From Chiloscyllium plagiosum (Eukaryota), in contig NC_057753.1 in assembly GCF_004010195.1 (NCBI RefSeq), positions 3,379,514-3,443,513 of the forward strand: DNA of 64,000 bases, given 5' to 3'. This document shows positions 38,206-51,784 of this stretch, in pieces (within the stretch, counting starts at the first letter, position 1; each line of letters starts with the position of its first letter). The position numbers and the translations under genes are program-made. The notes under the pieces are model-generated. The model saw nothing but the letters and a program-made list of their open reading frames with translations, was not told the DNA's origin and did no database searches.

Positions 38206-39619
38206 TCTGTTTTGACTGCGGGGTATTTTTCCATGCTGTACACCTCTATGACTCAATGATGAAAAGGAAGTTGTCAGTTCGAACATGACCATTGTTTTCT
38301 TGAGATTCCAACGTGCTAAAGAATTTGCATCAAATGATCTCTTTCACAATCTGCCCATGACATAACAAGACTTCAAGGCGTAAACACAATGATCTAAATA
38401 GTACCACCATCTGTGGAACGAAAGCAACAGCAATACCACTGAAAGCAGCAGGCCCTGCTGATACTAAAATATCTCATTTTCAATTAACATCATCACACCC
38501 TATCTGCCAGTATATGGTAGGATCGCAGTATCTCTCTGATGTTCTGCTGCTCAAATGCATGAACACGGGTAATGGTTTCATGTTACTGAAACGTCCCTGG
38601 GGGAAAAAAGTTAAGAGTGTGTAACTAGTGAATAAAGTAAAGCAAATTGAGTCCATACTGTCTAGAATATTGATTATTCCTCCAGAATGAACTGTCAGAA
38701 TTAACAGAGTTCCTTATTAGATGTGGTTAGCAAATGTAGACGAAGCAGAAAGGATTCCACTTCGTGTTGAGTGAACCTGTTATTTTGGTATGTGGAATAA
38801 AAAAGTACACTCTGCAACTAGCCTCCAGGATGTTTGTGGAAAGGACTGTCTGTCTTCTCAGGACAGGATCGGCGAACACTCTCCAGCCAAAGTGATTGAG
38901 TTGGTTCTTCACCAGCGTTTCATACGTTTCAACCATTCTCCAAGCCAAAATCTTCAAAAAGTTTCTGGCCAGAATGAAAGAGTTGGTTTTAATCTCGTTG
39001 AACAAAGAAAATAATCCCCTGACACGTGCATGAAATCTAATTATTGCTAATTCACCAATAACACTCGCAAATCAATTGTTTTTCCCTACATTCGTATGAC
39101 ACTGTGATTTATGTCATTAGTCCGCTGCTTGGCGCAATGCAGATCGGTTTCTCGTTATGCAGCATTTCTGGTCTCCCACTTCCCTCTTATTCTGGATAAC
39201 TGATGTTCACAGGGAAGTAGGTATTTCCGCTTCTGCTCCGAATTCCCACTTTGGAAAACAAGCGTCACAGAAAAACACATTTGTTTCAGGATTGTTAGTG
39301 ATTTACAATTGAATGAAACGTCACAAAAAATGCAACACAATTCGTTAAGTGGGTCATGAAAGGAATCTGAAGAAGAATGTTTTAAAACTACAGCAAACTA
39401 TCAGAGTGCGTGTAAATATTTGAAAAGGAAGAGAATAACTGATGTAAAATTGGTTTCTTACGGTGAAGGGAAATTATTTTTGGCAGTGCAGAAGTAGCAG
39501 GAACATTTTTTTGTTGTGTCAAACAACCGCACTGATTTCAAATACAATGCCAGAATGTAATCATGATAATATCCCCATTGATTGCAATTAAATGACACAT
39601 CATATGTAGGACTGGATGA

Positions 39620-40440
39620 CGCAAAGAACGAAAAGGACAAAGTACAATACAGCACAGGACAGGCCCTCCGGCCCTCCAAGCCAACGCTGGCAAGTTTCCC
39701 CCTTCCATACAAGAACTGTATTCACTTATCGGATCCGTATTCCTTCATTGTCTTGCCATTCATGTATCAATTCAGGTGCCTCTCGAACTCTGCCATTGTG
39801 TATCCTTCCACCACTTCCCCTGCCAGTGTTTTCTCGGCACTCAGCATCCTTTGTGTGAACAATATGCTTTGAACGTGTATTTTAAATGCGTGCCCCCTAT
39901 TCCCGCTCCGCACCTTGCATCTATGTTCCCTCTTAATTCTCCCCTCTACCATAGGAGAAAGACTCATGCTTTTCACTCTACTCATGTCGCTTACAATCTC
40001 ATAAATTCTGTCAGGTTGCCCCTCAATCTCATACATGCCAATGAAAACAAACCCAGTATATCCGTTCCTTTCTTCACAGTGAAAATCTTCCATACCAGGC
40101 AATATGCTGACAAACGTTGTCTATATCCTCTGCAAAGCATCAATATACTTCTGGTAGTGCAGTGACAAAAGCTGCATGCAACACTCCAAGTGTGGCCTAA
40201 CTAAAGTTCTATAAAGCTAATGCATATCCTTATACACAATACTCGTTCCAGTGGAGGCAATCATGTCGACGGCCTTTTTCCTACGTTATCTACTGCGGTT
40301 ACAACCTTCCGTGATCTTTAGACCTGCAAACCCACATCTCTCTGCATATCAATACCTCTCAGGGAGTATTGTACATTCACTGTACAATTTCGACCTGCAC
40401 TGGACCCTCCAAAATACATCACCTCACATTTGTCTTGTTT
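39620..40440 (-). mobile_element. CR1 3' fragment
   Basis: Minus-strand LVRPHLECCMQL and MPGMEDF; 3' UTR ending ctgtgctgtattgtact. Confidence 0.85.
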
Positions 40441-40464
40441 GGACAAGGCCAGACATTTTCAAAG

Positions 40465-41029
40465 CGTTTTACGAAGGGAGCCCAGACACTAACGTTTCTC
40501 AATGTTTTAAGAAGGTGTAAGTTGAATATTCCAGTGGTGATTCATCAGGTTTTAAACAAAAGGAATTTATTTCCAGAGTACCAAATGAGACAGAAAGAAA
40601 AGAGAAGAAAATTCAGAATAACCGAACTTACCTGAAAAAAAAACAACTCAATGATGCTGTTCGAAATGACTGCACCAGTCTCCTTGGCAAGAAGTTAAAA
40701 TCGGACACAGGTTCTTCCAGAAGAGAGAGACGGCAGAGAGATTTAGCATGGAAACTAGTTCCACTGTAGCGGTTTCTTTGGATTCCCCAGCTTAAAATGG
40801 CCAACAGGTCTGAACAGCCAGACCTCTGAAACCAAAACAAGCATACAGTAAAGCTGAACTTGGAGAACTGGTCACCTTCCTTTCATTATACAAGTGCTTT
40901 TCTCAAAACAAACCTTGAAAGCTTCTTCAAGTGGATAAAATTAGGCATCTCAAAACCCATGAATTTATATCTTCACTGAAAGCAAAATCAAAGACAACAT
41001 AATATTGTTTAAAGAGCAGCATCGTAACA
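40465..41029 (-). mobile_element. 3' LTR of a Gmr1-type Gypsy element
   Basis: Minus strand polypurine-like aagtggcgggg directly followed by TGTTACG at 41029. Far end resembles the end of the solo LTR at 20622-21207. Confidence 0.75.
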
Positions 41030-44000
41030 CCCCGCCACTTAAAAAGAATGAAATATTTATATCCAAAGTTGGCTTCATTTTTTAATCCAGTTAATTTTGC
41101 ATTTTTAGTACATAAACCTACACTCACATACATTGCATTGACTATACCATGGAAACTTTTACTATTGCATTCTGTTTCAGTCAGTTTACTCCTGCCACCG
41201 AATGCTTCCATTTCTGAACCAATTCTCAACAATTTGTCAGAGATCACGTTTTCTCGTTCTGCCACATGCACAATTGACAAATTGAATGGCTGTAACAACA
41301 AGATCTGTCTAAACAATCTGAATTTGTTGTCCACAAATTTATTTACAAAATTCATGGGCTAGGGTCAATGTGTATGACTGTCTCAGCTACGTTAATAATA
41401 ACACAAATAACTGGAATGTTGTCACGCCAACATCCAGCTCAAAGTCTCCTTCTAACAGTAGAATATTTCAGCTAACGAATGTTAAATTTCCTGGAGAAAT
41501 GCCCGAGAGGTCTTTCTATTTTCTCGTCATCTTCCTGCAAGAGCACAGCATCTATGCCTGCATTGCTTGCATCGATAGCCACCTTGAATGCCTTTGCGCA
41601 ATTACTGTGGCAAATAATGTGGCAGTGGTTAACACAGCTTTCAGCCTCTCAAATGCCTTCTGACAGTCAACTGCCTATTGAAATCTACTGCATTTCTTTT
41701 GCAATTCAGTGACTGGAGCAGCCACATTGCTACAATTTGGTACGAACTTCCGATATAATCCATTCAAACGTAAGAAGTTTATTACTGCTAGTTTTGTTGG
41801 TTATATGGAAAACTCTCCAATTACCTTTGTTTTGCATTCTGTGGGGCTATCTGACCATGTCCATTAAAATGGCTAAGGAAGGTGACTTGGGCTTTGAAAA
41901 ATCCGCTGTTACCCAGATTTATCACCAAGCCTGCCTCCTGAAATCAATCGGATCATTTGGATAAATGTCCCAAATGTTCTTTTCATGTGTCACTACAAAT
42001 TACCAGAATATCTTGACGATAATATAATTGGGCAGTCAGGCAACGAAATTATGATTAGCTTTTGAAATTCGACTCGCACATGATATTAAATTTATATAGT
42101 CCATTCGGTATTGTGAAGCCAAAATCGTCTTCACGCTTCTGTATAAAAGTACATTCAGCATCCTTCGAGCAAGTCCAACTTAGAAATATAAGTTCCTTGT
42201 CCCATCTTTTCAACACAGTCTTCCAAACGTAGAATTGAATATGCATCAATCTTTGTAACTGCATTAATTTTGCGGTAGTCCACACCGAACTGTTTGGCAC
42301 CATTTGATTTTGGCAACATTACAATGGGTGAGCTCCATTCTCTGTGACTCACTTCGATTACCTTGTCCTGGACCATGTGTTCAATCTCCTTTTTAATCTG
42401 TGCAACCTTTAGTGGGTTATGCATATAATGATGTTGCTTAATCGGAACAGCATCTCATTTATCTCTATCATGCATCAATAGGTTAGTACATCCCAGCTTA
42501 TTTCCACATATCCCTTCATGAAATAGCTCTTTCAGGTCATTTTGATGTTACTCTGGAAGTTAAAACAATAGTTAATTGCAATTTTTATAGCTTCTTCATT
42601 TTAAATTGAGTAATGTCGAGTTCAGAATCCTCTGAACTGTTTCTTCACTCTGTGTTGTATCCAATAACACATTCTCTTCTTGCGTTTTTCCCTAACAAAA
42701 TGCTTTTTGAGCATATTCACATGACACACTTTGTGAAATTTCTTTCACTGCAGAGTCTTTGTCAAATAGTTCACCTGATTCAATTTTCTTTCGACTTGAT
42801 AAGGTTCACTGAAACTTATTTTTGAAGGTCCACCGATCACTGGAAGTGACAGTAACACTATCTCTGACAGCAAAATTGCGAGGTTTTGATTTCTTGTTTG
42901 CTTCTTGTGCCATTATATGCCGTGATACTTTTAAATGCTGTCCAGCCAACTCCCCTGCTCTATTTAATCATTCTTTTTAATCTAACGCATATGTAGTCTC
43001 TGAATTCGGACTTCCAATTTTTCTTTAATAAATTTTGCGGCCTTCTCACTTTAGGCTCAAAGGTTAAATCCAATACACGAAATTTGGTCGATTCTTTTGG
43101 TGTATCATTGATCGCAAGAAGCACAAACGGAATTCTCTTATCTCCATCACCTGGATAGTGTTGACGATAGGCCCTCAACATGGACTTTAATGTCTGATGC
43201 CACTTTTCTAGAGCTCCCTTTTACTCTGAATGGTATGCAGTATATTTCATTTATTTCATTCCTCAGCTGTCCACAACTTCCTTGAATAATTTTGATGTCA
43301 AGATTGATCATTGAACTGATTGTACGTCTGTGGGTAATACATATCCAGTGAGAAGTTTCGGGACTTCCTCTGCAATCCTTTCAGCTTTGATTCGTGTAAT
43401 AGAATGGTCTCAGGTAATCTAGCGTACACATCCATTATTTGTAATGAATATTGATTCCAAATTCTTTTATGCAATTAATAAGACTTTTATATATGGTTCC
43501 TCACGCTCAGGGAGAGGCATTAAAGGTATAGTTTCAATTACTACATGTGGTTTTTCAATTTAGTGACATGTAAGACATGTCTGACAAAATTCAACTACAT
43601 CTTTGTGCAGGCCTGGTCAATAAAAATGTTTGTGGAAGTTTTCTTGAGTTTTCCTTACCCCTATATGGCCTCCTGCGAGTTGTTCATGTCTAACCTGTCA
43701 CACCGTCTTTCGTTCACCCACAGGCAATATGAGTTGATGAATTTCTGCTCATTTTTGATCTGCTTGAATCTATGATGGTCTCTTTCCCCTCATCAAAGTG
43801 TCATTTTTAAAGTACGAGCATTCATGGTTGAATTCTGAGTCTTCCTTCCTGTGTGCTTTCGAATACAATTTCCTTAAATTTTCATCTTACTGCTGTAACT
43901 CGGTTGATTTAGCTAAAGATTTCTACTTTGTCTGCCATTTGTTCCTGTTCTGTGTCAAGCATTTTATCAAATATGATCTCTGTTAATTCCACTTCAACTA

Positions 44001-46070
44001 TTTTATCTGCAATGTTTGAGTTGTCCTCTTTCAACTGGTGACTTTCTAACCTCATTACCCACATAGTCAAGGCAAATCGCAGTATATTAGTCTTTCAATA
44101 GTTCCTTTGCCTGAGTTTCTACTAGCATTTCAGTCACAGGACTCCGACCTGTGAAACAGTTATAACATTGAGTGCTTTTTGACACAACGGGTATTCCAGG
44201 TATTAACACCTTTTCTAGTAATAGTCCTTCCCATGCACATATCTCCTCAAATTTCAAATTCAAAGATTGAGATGATCTTGTATCTGTTAAATTTGTAACC
44301 TGCATATCTGCTGCTCCTGTCCTATGCGAGTAAACTTTACCTTTGCAGTTATGTGGTTTACAAAGATCTGGCACTTCCTCCTTAAGCAACCCCAGAACAG
44401 GTTTGACATTTCGGGCTTCCATTGTGTTTTCTGTTATCAGAAATTCACTGGCCTAACCTCTTTTCCTATATCTGGTTTCCAAGTGATTTATCTGAGCCAC
44501 CAACACTGCGATTTTACGTGGCTTGAGTTATTCCAGTGAAAATACCGGAGCTTTCTAACCTCTCTTTCCCCTTCCATGGTTTCGTTTTCATCCTGCGCTG
44601 TTATCCTAATGATTTTCATCGAGATCTACCACTCCCTTACCACGTGAGGATTTCTCTTTCCCCAGTTTCTGTCCTTCACGGGTTGAACCTGATGTTGGAA
44701 GCCAAACTTTGATTAATGAACCCAATTCATAATCAAACCCATGTTGTCTTGCTGATTTAACTCTCTGCTCTTCCACATGACTTCTCAGTACCTCAGAAAG
44801 TGAATGCGTGAATTCTTCCAAATTAAGCGTCACAGATTTGCTCCGCCTTTAATGCCATTATCCACCTAACAACATTACTCTGTTTTATCCTTTCAGACTC
44901 AATGTATATTTGACCAGGGTTGCCCCTTAAATTCCTGCAACTTTGTATGGAAGCTCCTGGAACAGGCGCATATGCACTTGAGATGTTCACTTCACGTTCT
45001 CATACGCCATAGATCCCCCCTCTGATAGTGATGTGAAAACCATGCGAGCTGTACCTACGAGTATTGATTACATCAACAAAGCCTGCATGGTGACTGGACC
45101 AAGGATTTGTTTCGTCAGCTTTTCAAATGAGTTGAAAAGGTCTCCATGTCCTTTTCATCAAACTGAGGCAATGCTTGAATTTATTTAACGGGTTCTGTCC
45201 ACCTCTTTGGCGAGCATATGTTTGCTCATGCTCACTCTCTTCCTCACTAAGCTTACCTTCAGCCTTCATCTGCATCGTTTTAATTTGACTTACCTGTCTC
45301 CGTGCCAACTTCTGCAGTTCAAACTCTATTTCTTTCTTCATTTTCTCTCTCTCTTCTCTATTTCTTTCTTTTGGTCTGCTAAAGCGATTCGTTCTTTTTC
45401 TCTTTCCTGTGCTAAAGTCTTCCCTTCCTTTCAGCTAAAAACCTCCCCATTTCTTTATCTTCTAAAATAGCTGTTCTTTACTTTTCTTTTATCTTCTAAC
45501 TTCTGCTGCCTCACTTGAAATTTAGACCTTTCTAACTCCATAGTTACCTTACATTTTCAGTTTTGATTTTGCCCCTGGTTAAATCCAATTCTAAGCTTAT
45601 TGTTACATCAGAAGGTATATCCTTTTTCTGTCCTTCTAAACTTTCTATGCGAATTTGGGCAGCATCTCCAAACCCCAAAATCTCTTGAGCAATGTTAAGA
45701 GCCATTTCAAAACTAAATTCCAATGGCCTTTCAGGCACACTTACATGTTGTGCTATTTCAGTAATAACCACAAAGACTCTCGGTGACACCGGAGATTTCA
45801 GTTCCAGCTTGATTGCTGATTCCCGCAGTTTTGCCTTGTTCACCTTTTGTAAAATCCTCCAAAGTCATTTCTTCCACACCAGAAAACTCTTCGTGACTGA
45901 AAGAGTCACTGCTGTCCAAACCCATGTTTAAATGAACGGAAATCAACACTTCGAACCAAAGACACTAACAGCCACGACTCACTACCTTCCAGTCCACCCA
46001 CGCCAATCCCAAATCTATGAGTATCTTAAATATCACGGTATTATGTTCACACCACAAGAAATGGCCCCCA
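41030..46070 (-). mobile_element. Decayed Gmr1-type Gypsy internal region: gag, PR, INT, RT, RNase H
   Basis: In transcription order: Gag PQFDEKD (about 45165), decayed CCHC knuckle (about 44520), protease-like LTDTRSSQS (about 44285), integrase IPFVLLAINDTPKEST (about 43120), RT WSSPIV/VDYRKIN/SKLDLL (42160-42420), RNase H LLLQPFNLSIVHVA.RENV (about 41270). Confidence 0.9.
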
Positions 46071-46089
46071 CGGAAACTTCACTTACTTG

Positions 46090-46515
46090 GCCTGACTTAT
46101 TCCCAAAAACTATGTCAGCATAGCCCCTTACCTGGTTGGACTGCTTACCTGCTGTGTCAGGAAACCCTCCTGAATGATCCTTACAAATTCTGCCCCATCC
46201 TCGCCCTGACCACGAAGGGAGTCCCAGTCACTATAGGGGAAGTTAATATCATGCTCTAAAACAACCTTGCTGTTTTTGCATCTTTTCAAAACCTATCTAT
46301 GCAGTTTCTCTTCTATCTGTTGGGAGGGCCAGCGCTGTGACTTCAACTTTCCTGTTTCTGAGTACGACCTGTATTGCCTGGCAGCTTGGGCCCTTTGATA
46401 TATGCTCCAACACTAGGGCCTTGAGATGCTCTTTAATCAATAATGCAACTCTCCCATCCCTTTTACATTGCCTTCTTTCACATCTGAAACGTCTGTCAAC
46501 ATATCCAAATCCAAG
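46090..46515 (-). mobile_element. CR1 endonuclease fragment
   Basis: Minus strand RRFRCERRQCKRDGRVALLIKE and NFPYSDWDS...AEFVRIIQEGFLTQ. Confidence 0.8.
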
Positions 46516-47654
46516 TGAACCTGATGATCTGGATAAACTCGCACTGAATATATTTGTGTAAATGTTGCTCTAAGCGGACAAGATACATTCGTATTCAACT
46601 GGCATCGCCAGATTGAAACAATTGAACAATTGTGTATGGATAGCGTCAGAATAGCCTGGATCATGTGGCCTGTGAGCTGTGATCATATGGATTCACCAAT
46701 AATCAACGCTGAAAGCTTGCCAAGATTGGCTGCAGTTGACTTTAGGCCCAATACATCTCTTAACAAACATGCAATGTGCCAAATTGTAGTAGTGCTTCAT
46801 ATCAGAATCGTATCTTCGGATCAGATCATTAAAGGCGAAATAGGGGTAGCAATATGCAGTTGCTCAAGAATGAACATGGACATGATACCAGATTGTTTTG
46901 CATGAAGATGACCTTGTCCAGTTTTGCTACGATACTTGGAATTAGTTTTGACCACAAAGCACAAATTAATGTTTAGATTTTGATTAGACTTAATATTCTG
47001 GTTGATTTTGAGCCTGCTGCCATGAAGATTACTGCAGAGCTCCACTGCCATGGCGATGGGGTCTGCGACTTCCAAAAAAGATGTGCGATGTACTTGTTAG
47101 AATATATCAGGTTAGTTTAAGCCATGCATTTCATGAAGCCAATAAGTATATTTTAAATCGGAGATCAGGCATTTAAGCTGATAAATTTGCATTTCATCTG
47201 AGCACACTTACCTTCCTTCCTGCATTCCTTTTGATCAAACATTCTTTTTAGCAATTGACTAAGGCCTGATGTTACATTTAGCGTTGCGATCAGGGTCTGA
47301 GCAAAATATTCAAGCAGGAAGTATTCGGTATCCAGGGATGGTTTTGGAGTTCTAATGAACTAGATGAATGAGTTAGGCCATCACAATTTTGGTATAAGGA
47401 TTTGGAGGAAATTCCCAAAAGACTACTTCTTGGCTGTAAAGGGCGGTTGCAAGGAACTGCCCTTCTCCAAATGGACCGAAGGTTTTGCCCAATACGTGGC
47501 ATTCCATTGACCAGCGTCGCCGATGGGCCTCGAACACACGTACCCAGAATATTATCTGGATCTCCGGATTAACAAGCTATCTCCTCTCTTTCTGACATCA
47601 CCTCCCCAAACTATCAATTTGTGGATGCCTCATTATTTTTGAGGATTTTGCTTT

Positions 47655-48960
47655 ATTGGACAGTCTACAATGGATTCGTTGTTTTTCGAATCTAAATGAC
47701 AGGAAAAAACTGTTGCACTCAAATTACATCATGCACCCTGAATGTTGTGCATTATCGCGAACCAAGATACCCAGAACTTTACCTGGGTCTCTGGATAAAC
47801 AATCCAGTGGCAAACGCATCAGGAAATCGACTTCCCTTACGACATTGTGATTTGGAAACTGGAAGGTGTGAATGAAGTTTTGTCCAAACAGTGAAGCCGA
47901 ACTGAGCCTGGTCCATTCTGGCAGTCTGCTGTCTCAGTGCGTTGGAGGACTGTGTGAACTGTCAGAACAATGTGATATATCCTTGCAAAGCCTTCCTTCA
48001 TGAGCCATGCCATTGCTCAGCCACACTATCTGCCACATATTCCCACTCTGCTGGACTGCTCAAAGCTCCATTGAACAATATTGTACTCTGACGCTGTTTT
48101 TCAATTGTGATATATTTTACTCAGCTAAACTGATAATTCATTCTGATGTATCTTGGTTAAATTTTGAATTGAAGTTGAAATGCCAAATATCTGCCATTGC
48201 ATTTGAAAGCAAATATAGACGGCTTGAAATATCACTTTGCATATATTAATAGTAGATTTCGAAGACATTTAATAACAGCAAATATGAAATAGTATTTCAG
48301 CACTGCATGTTAATATGGAATGCTAATTTCACATCGCTAAACATCTTATTGCTTTCGATTCAATTAACAACTTATGTCACTGAGCAGTACGGAAGTATGA
48401 CATAATTACATTGACATCAGAATGATCAATCTTTTATTACCAGTTGACTACGTGGTGATCAAGTGTTTCGGTGCGTTATTATTCCATAACAAATCCCAAT
48501 ATTCAGTTCCAATGAAGTTTGCCTGATCATAGCTCTCAAATATGGAATTCAGTGTTGTAAAACTTGGTAAATTAAGTGCTCTCCAGGCAAACGAACAGTT
48601 CAGAGAGAGGTTGTGTGCCTGATGAAACACCAGTGGAGTTAGGGCTGTTGACATGTTGCATAACCTGACGGATTTACCTTGGAAGGCATAAATAACTGTG
48701 TGCACATCAAGGGGCATTGACAAATGAGATTTTGTAGAAGGCAGAAGAAAGGCTGCTGTTAAACTCACAAACAATTCGAACTTGGTGGGGTTCCGGAAGC
48801 TTATCTTTTATTCCTGTTATAGCACCAGGTGCGTTTCTGGCCAAATTAGACAGCCTTGTACGGAAAAAGAGGTGGAGCTGAATAACGGTTTGGTGGCACT
48901 TGGCTGCGTGTTTGAATGAAGATAAACAATTGGAAGTTTTCAGCATGTGAATGTGTCTGC
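47655..48960. repeat. Duplicated 3' flank of paralog 2, homologous to about 3340-4805
   Basis: Colinear shared words ggaaggtgtgaatgaagt, gctaaactgat.attcattctgatg, tagtatttcag, tatggaatgctaattt, taattacattgac, cagttccaatgaag.ttgcctgatcatagc. Confidence 0.9.
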
Positions 48961-48994
48961 AGTATCAACACTTTAAAAGTTTTACAAGCAATCT

Positions 48995-49875
48995 CTATGG
49001 ATATTTTAATCCATCCTTTAACTCGTCTCTGAATTTATTTTGGATCCCCGCATAAATGAACGGATTTATGCAGGAACTCAGAAACTGAAGCATATACCCG
49101 GTTTCCTCCAGGATAAAGGATGACTTACTATAGTCAGAAACTGAGTAATAAGTAACTTTTGCAATTCGGACATAGAGCACTGTTGTAAAATATACTGAAT
49201 ACAACAGAACAAAACTCCCTGAAATGCCGAAGAGCAAGATAATGGACTTTTTCCGTTTTTCCATCTCTGTATCACTCTGATTCTCTCCACTGCTCAGGGT
49301 ATGGAGTCTCCTGCGGGCTCGATTGGCCGCTAAAATATGTCTGACTGTCAGAGCATTGAGCAGCAAAATCAGAATGAATGGAAGGCTAGGGACGAGAATG
49401 GAACGAATCAAATCATATGCTGCCCAGGCCTGTAAGGTACTAAATACTAATTTTGGAACACAGAACCAGGGTACGTTATTAATTGTGTACAGTGGTTCAG
49501 ATATAAAATATAAAAACGCATTTTTAAAGCAACTCAGTGTGCAGACGCCCCCTATTACACACTTTGCTGTTAGTTCAGTACAGTATTTCAGTTTCAGCTT
49601 CTGGCAACAAATGGTCACAAATCGATCAAAGGTGAAAGTGACCGTTAACCAGGCAGAACTATCTATTACTGAATATACAAGGAAAACACGGAGAATGCAT
49701 ATTGGTGTGATGGATAAGAAGCTGAATGGGAAATAAATACTAGCAGTCCGGTTTATAACCACTTTAAAAAAGATGACCAAGAGATCTGCTCCAGCCATGG
49801 ATACCACGTAGTAAATGATACATCCAGAAAGACCACATTTTCTTCTGCATAGTATTATGATCACTGCCAAGTTAG
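48995..49875 (-). CDS. GPR139/GPR142-like GPCR, paralog 2, exon 2 (spliced protein 316 aa; 10 C-terminal codons lost)
   Basis: Close paralog of 4806-5716 with DRF and NPFIY. Acceptor ttctctcggttacag|CT at 49876/49875. TAG where paralog 1 has CAG. Confidence 0.93.
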
Positions 49876-50004
49876 CTGTAACCGAGAGAACAAAGATGGA
49901 ATAGTGAGAATTATGCTTGAGAGTTCGAGAGCAATGAAGTCATTCGTCCAAATTTCAGCAAAATCATCCCTTTTGCAGAATTCTGTGTGAAAGTCAGATA
50001 CTTG

Positions 50005-50110
50005 TGACTAGATTTTCCTTCACCCACTTCACCTGACAAAGGCCTAAGGTTCAGAAAGCTTGTGATTTCAAATAACCCTGTTGGATGATGACCTGGTTTA
50101 ATCTGACTAA
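50005..50110 (+). mobile_element. Small Penelope-derived fragment with a degenerate hammerhead-like motif in the paralog 2 intron
   Basis: cacctgacaaaggcctaaggttcagaaagcttgtgatttcaaataaccctgttgga; catalytic core mutated. Confidence 0.5.
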
Positions 50111-51109
50111 CATGTCCTACAATACCGCAGCCCTCAGTTCTGCAGCTTATCGTCAGATGTAATGAGTACTCCTGTGGAGTGGTAGATATTTGTTTTTAAA
50201 ACTTACTCCACCAAATCCTAGCATCATCAGTCGTGAGCATAGAAGCAGCAGCAGTTAATCAGGTGGAGGAGAAAAGGGCTTAAAGAGCGAGTTTTCTGTT
50301 GGAGAATAATGTTGCTGTGTTTTATGAGTTAGGTGCTTTAGTGACCGGATACTAGTGTATCATCAGTGTATTTATCAGTAACTCAGTGCTCACAATAGTT
50401 GATGCATTGACTACTTAAATTAGCTTCTGTCAAGAAGTGTTTAATTGTTCAAATGCTATAAACAATCAATCGTCTTCTGTTACTTTCAGTGTCAGTTATC
50501 CAACATATTCAAATTTGCAGCATGACAACAATGTGATAATTCCCATTCTGAAACAATAAAAACAACAGAATTGGTCAACATGTACATCGGCACGGCAATG
50601 CAGTGATCTACACGCAGCAAAAGAGACAACATTTTATGTTTCCATTTACGCAGAACGGCTCTCTATTAATTTGCCCTCAGAGACATACCCCAAAGCAGAA
50701 CAGATATCCATCTACAAAGTGGCATCTCAATGACGATATGGCGAAAACAACATCGGAAATACTTCAACACTTCGAAATTTTCGTCAAAATAACTTTACAG
50801 TTTTCGCTCACAGGAGTCCTTCTATTTGCATAACAGAAAAATGTGTACATCGAGATGATAGTGTTACAGGCACAAATGCTATCATTAAAGGGGTGTGAAT
50901 TAAGTTAGAAACGAGCATCCATTTGTGTAACAATATACAATAGATTTTGTAAATGCGACCTTAAAATATAAGAGCCTAACTATTAAAAAACAAGCAAAGT
51001 ATTTTAAGTTGGAGTCGAAATATCCACAACAAGAAAAGAGGCATTCATGTTAAACAAAAAGGATTGATTCAACAAATCAACTAGTTAGGTAATAATAACA
51101 AATCTTTAC

Positions 51110-51179
51110 CTGGTATCCCAATAGCTGCAAGAAAATTATAATACATGGAAAACAACAGGCCTTTTGGTGAGATGTGCAT
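51110..51179 (-). CDS. GPCR paralog 2, coding exon 1 (MHISPKGLLFSMYYNFLAAIGIP+G)
   Basis: ATG at 51179, 70 nt, donor CCAG|gtaaag. Intron 49876-51109 (1234 bp). Not reported by the ORF track. Confidence 0.92.
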
Positions 51180-51229
51180 TTCGATCAGAAGGTTTAAGCA
51201 CACTTCACGTAACACTGTACTTTTCCACA

Positions 51230-51264
51230 TTTATACGTGAGATGGGCTCAAGGGATTCAATTAG
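51230..51264 (-). promoter_or_regulatory. Proximal promoter of paralog 2: TATA box, O/E-like site and homeodomain site
   Basis: Minus strand CTAATTG-AA-TCCCTTGAG (51264-51247) and TATAAA (51235-51230), 51 nt upstream of the ATG. Confidence 0.72.
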
Positions 51265-51784
51265 TTGGTTGCACCTTTTACAGCAATTACCACGTTTATT
51301 AAAAGAAACAGATGAGTGCAGTTGCAATGCGCTGTATTTGATTGTCTGGAACACGAATGGGAAATGTCCAGGGATTGGAAAATGCCTTAAGTGCGTTTCT
51401 TTTTCAACGTTCGTAACCTGAGTTTTTAGTTTATGCCTGATACAATGGGGTTTTCTCCTGGTCAAGCTTAAAGTTGCAAATTTTCTTTCTCCGTTGTCAC
51501 AATGGTTAATTTCAATCTCTGGCTGATGTATTGTTGACCAAATAAAGTTTCGGTGCAGTCCAGCAAAAGGGTCAAATGTGGGAAAGCTCACATCCCATAA
51601 TTGCATGACTGGTGGAATACAATGTATTCACATCCGTTTTTAGCTCAAAGATAGCTATGTACTTTCTGACGACCCTAGCATTTCTTCCAAACACGCTAAA
51701 TCCTTCATGTTGTATGTTTCTAATTCTGTTGAAAATATACTGGTCTACCTAGGTAAAAACATGTAGAACATTACCAAAGATCCT

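Noticed and set aside
38727..39005. ORF ending WNPFCFVYIC as a GPCR TM7 remnant
   Set aside because: No similarity to the SSCINPFIY context or to upstream TM segments; probably chance.
46055..46075. tgggggcc on the minus strand as the tRNA-Pro PBS of the Gmr1 element
   Set aside because: Only about 7 nt match and no adjacent LTR end is recognisable.
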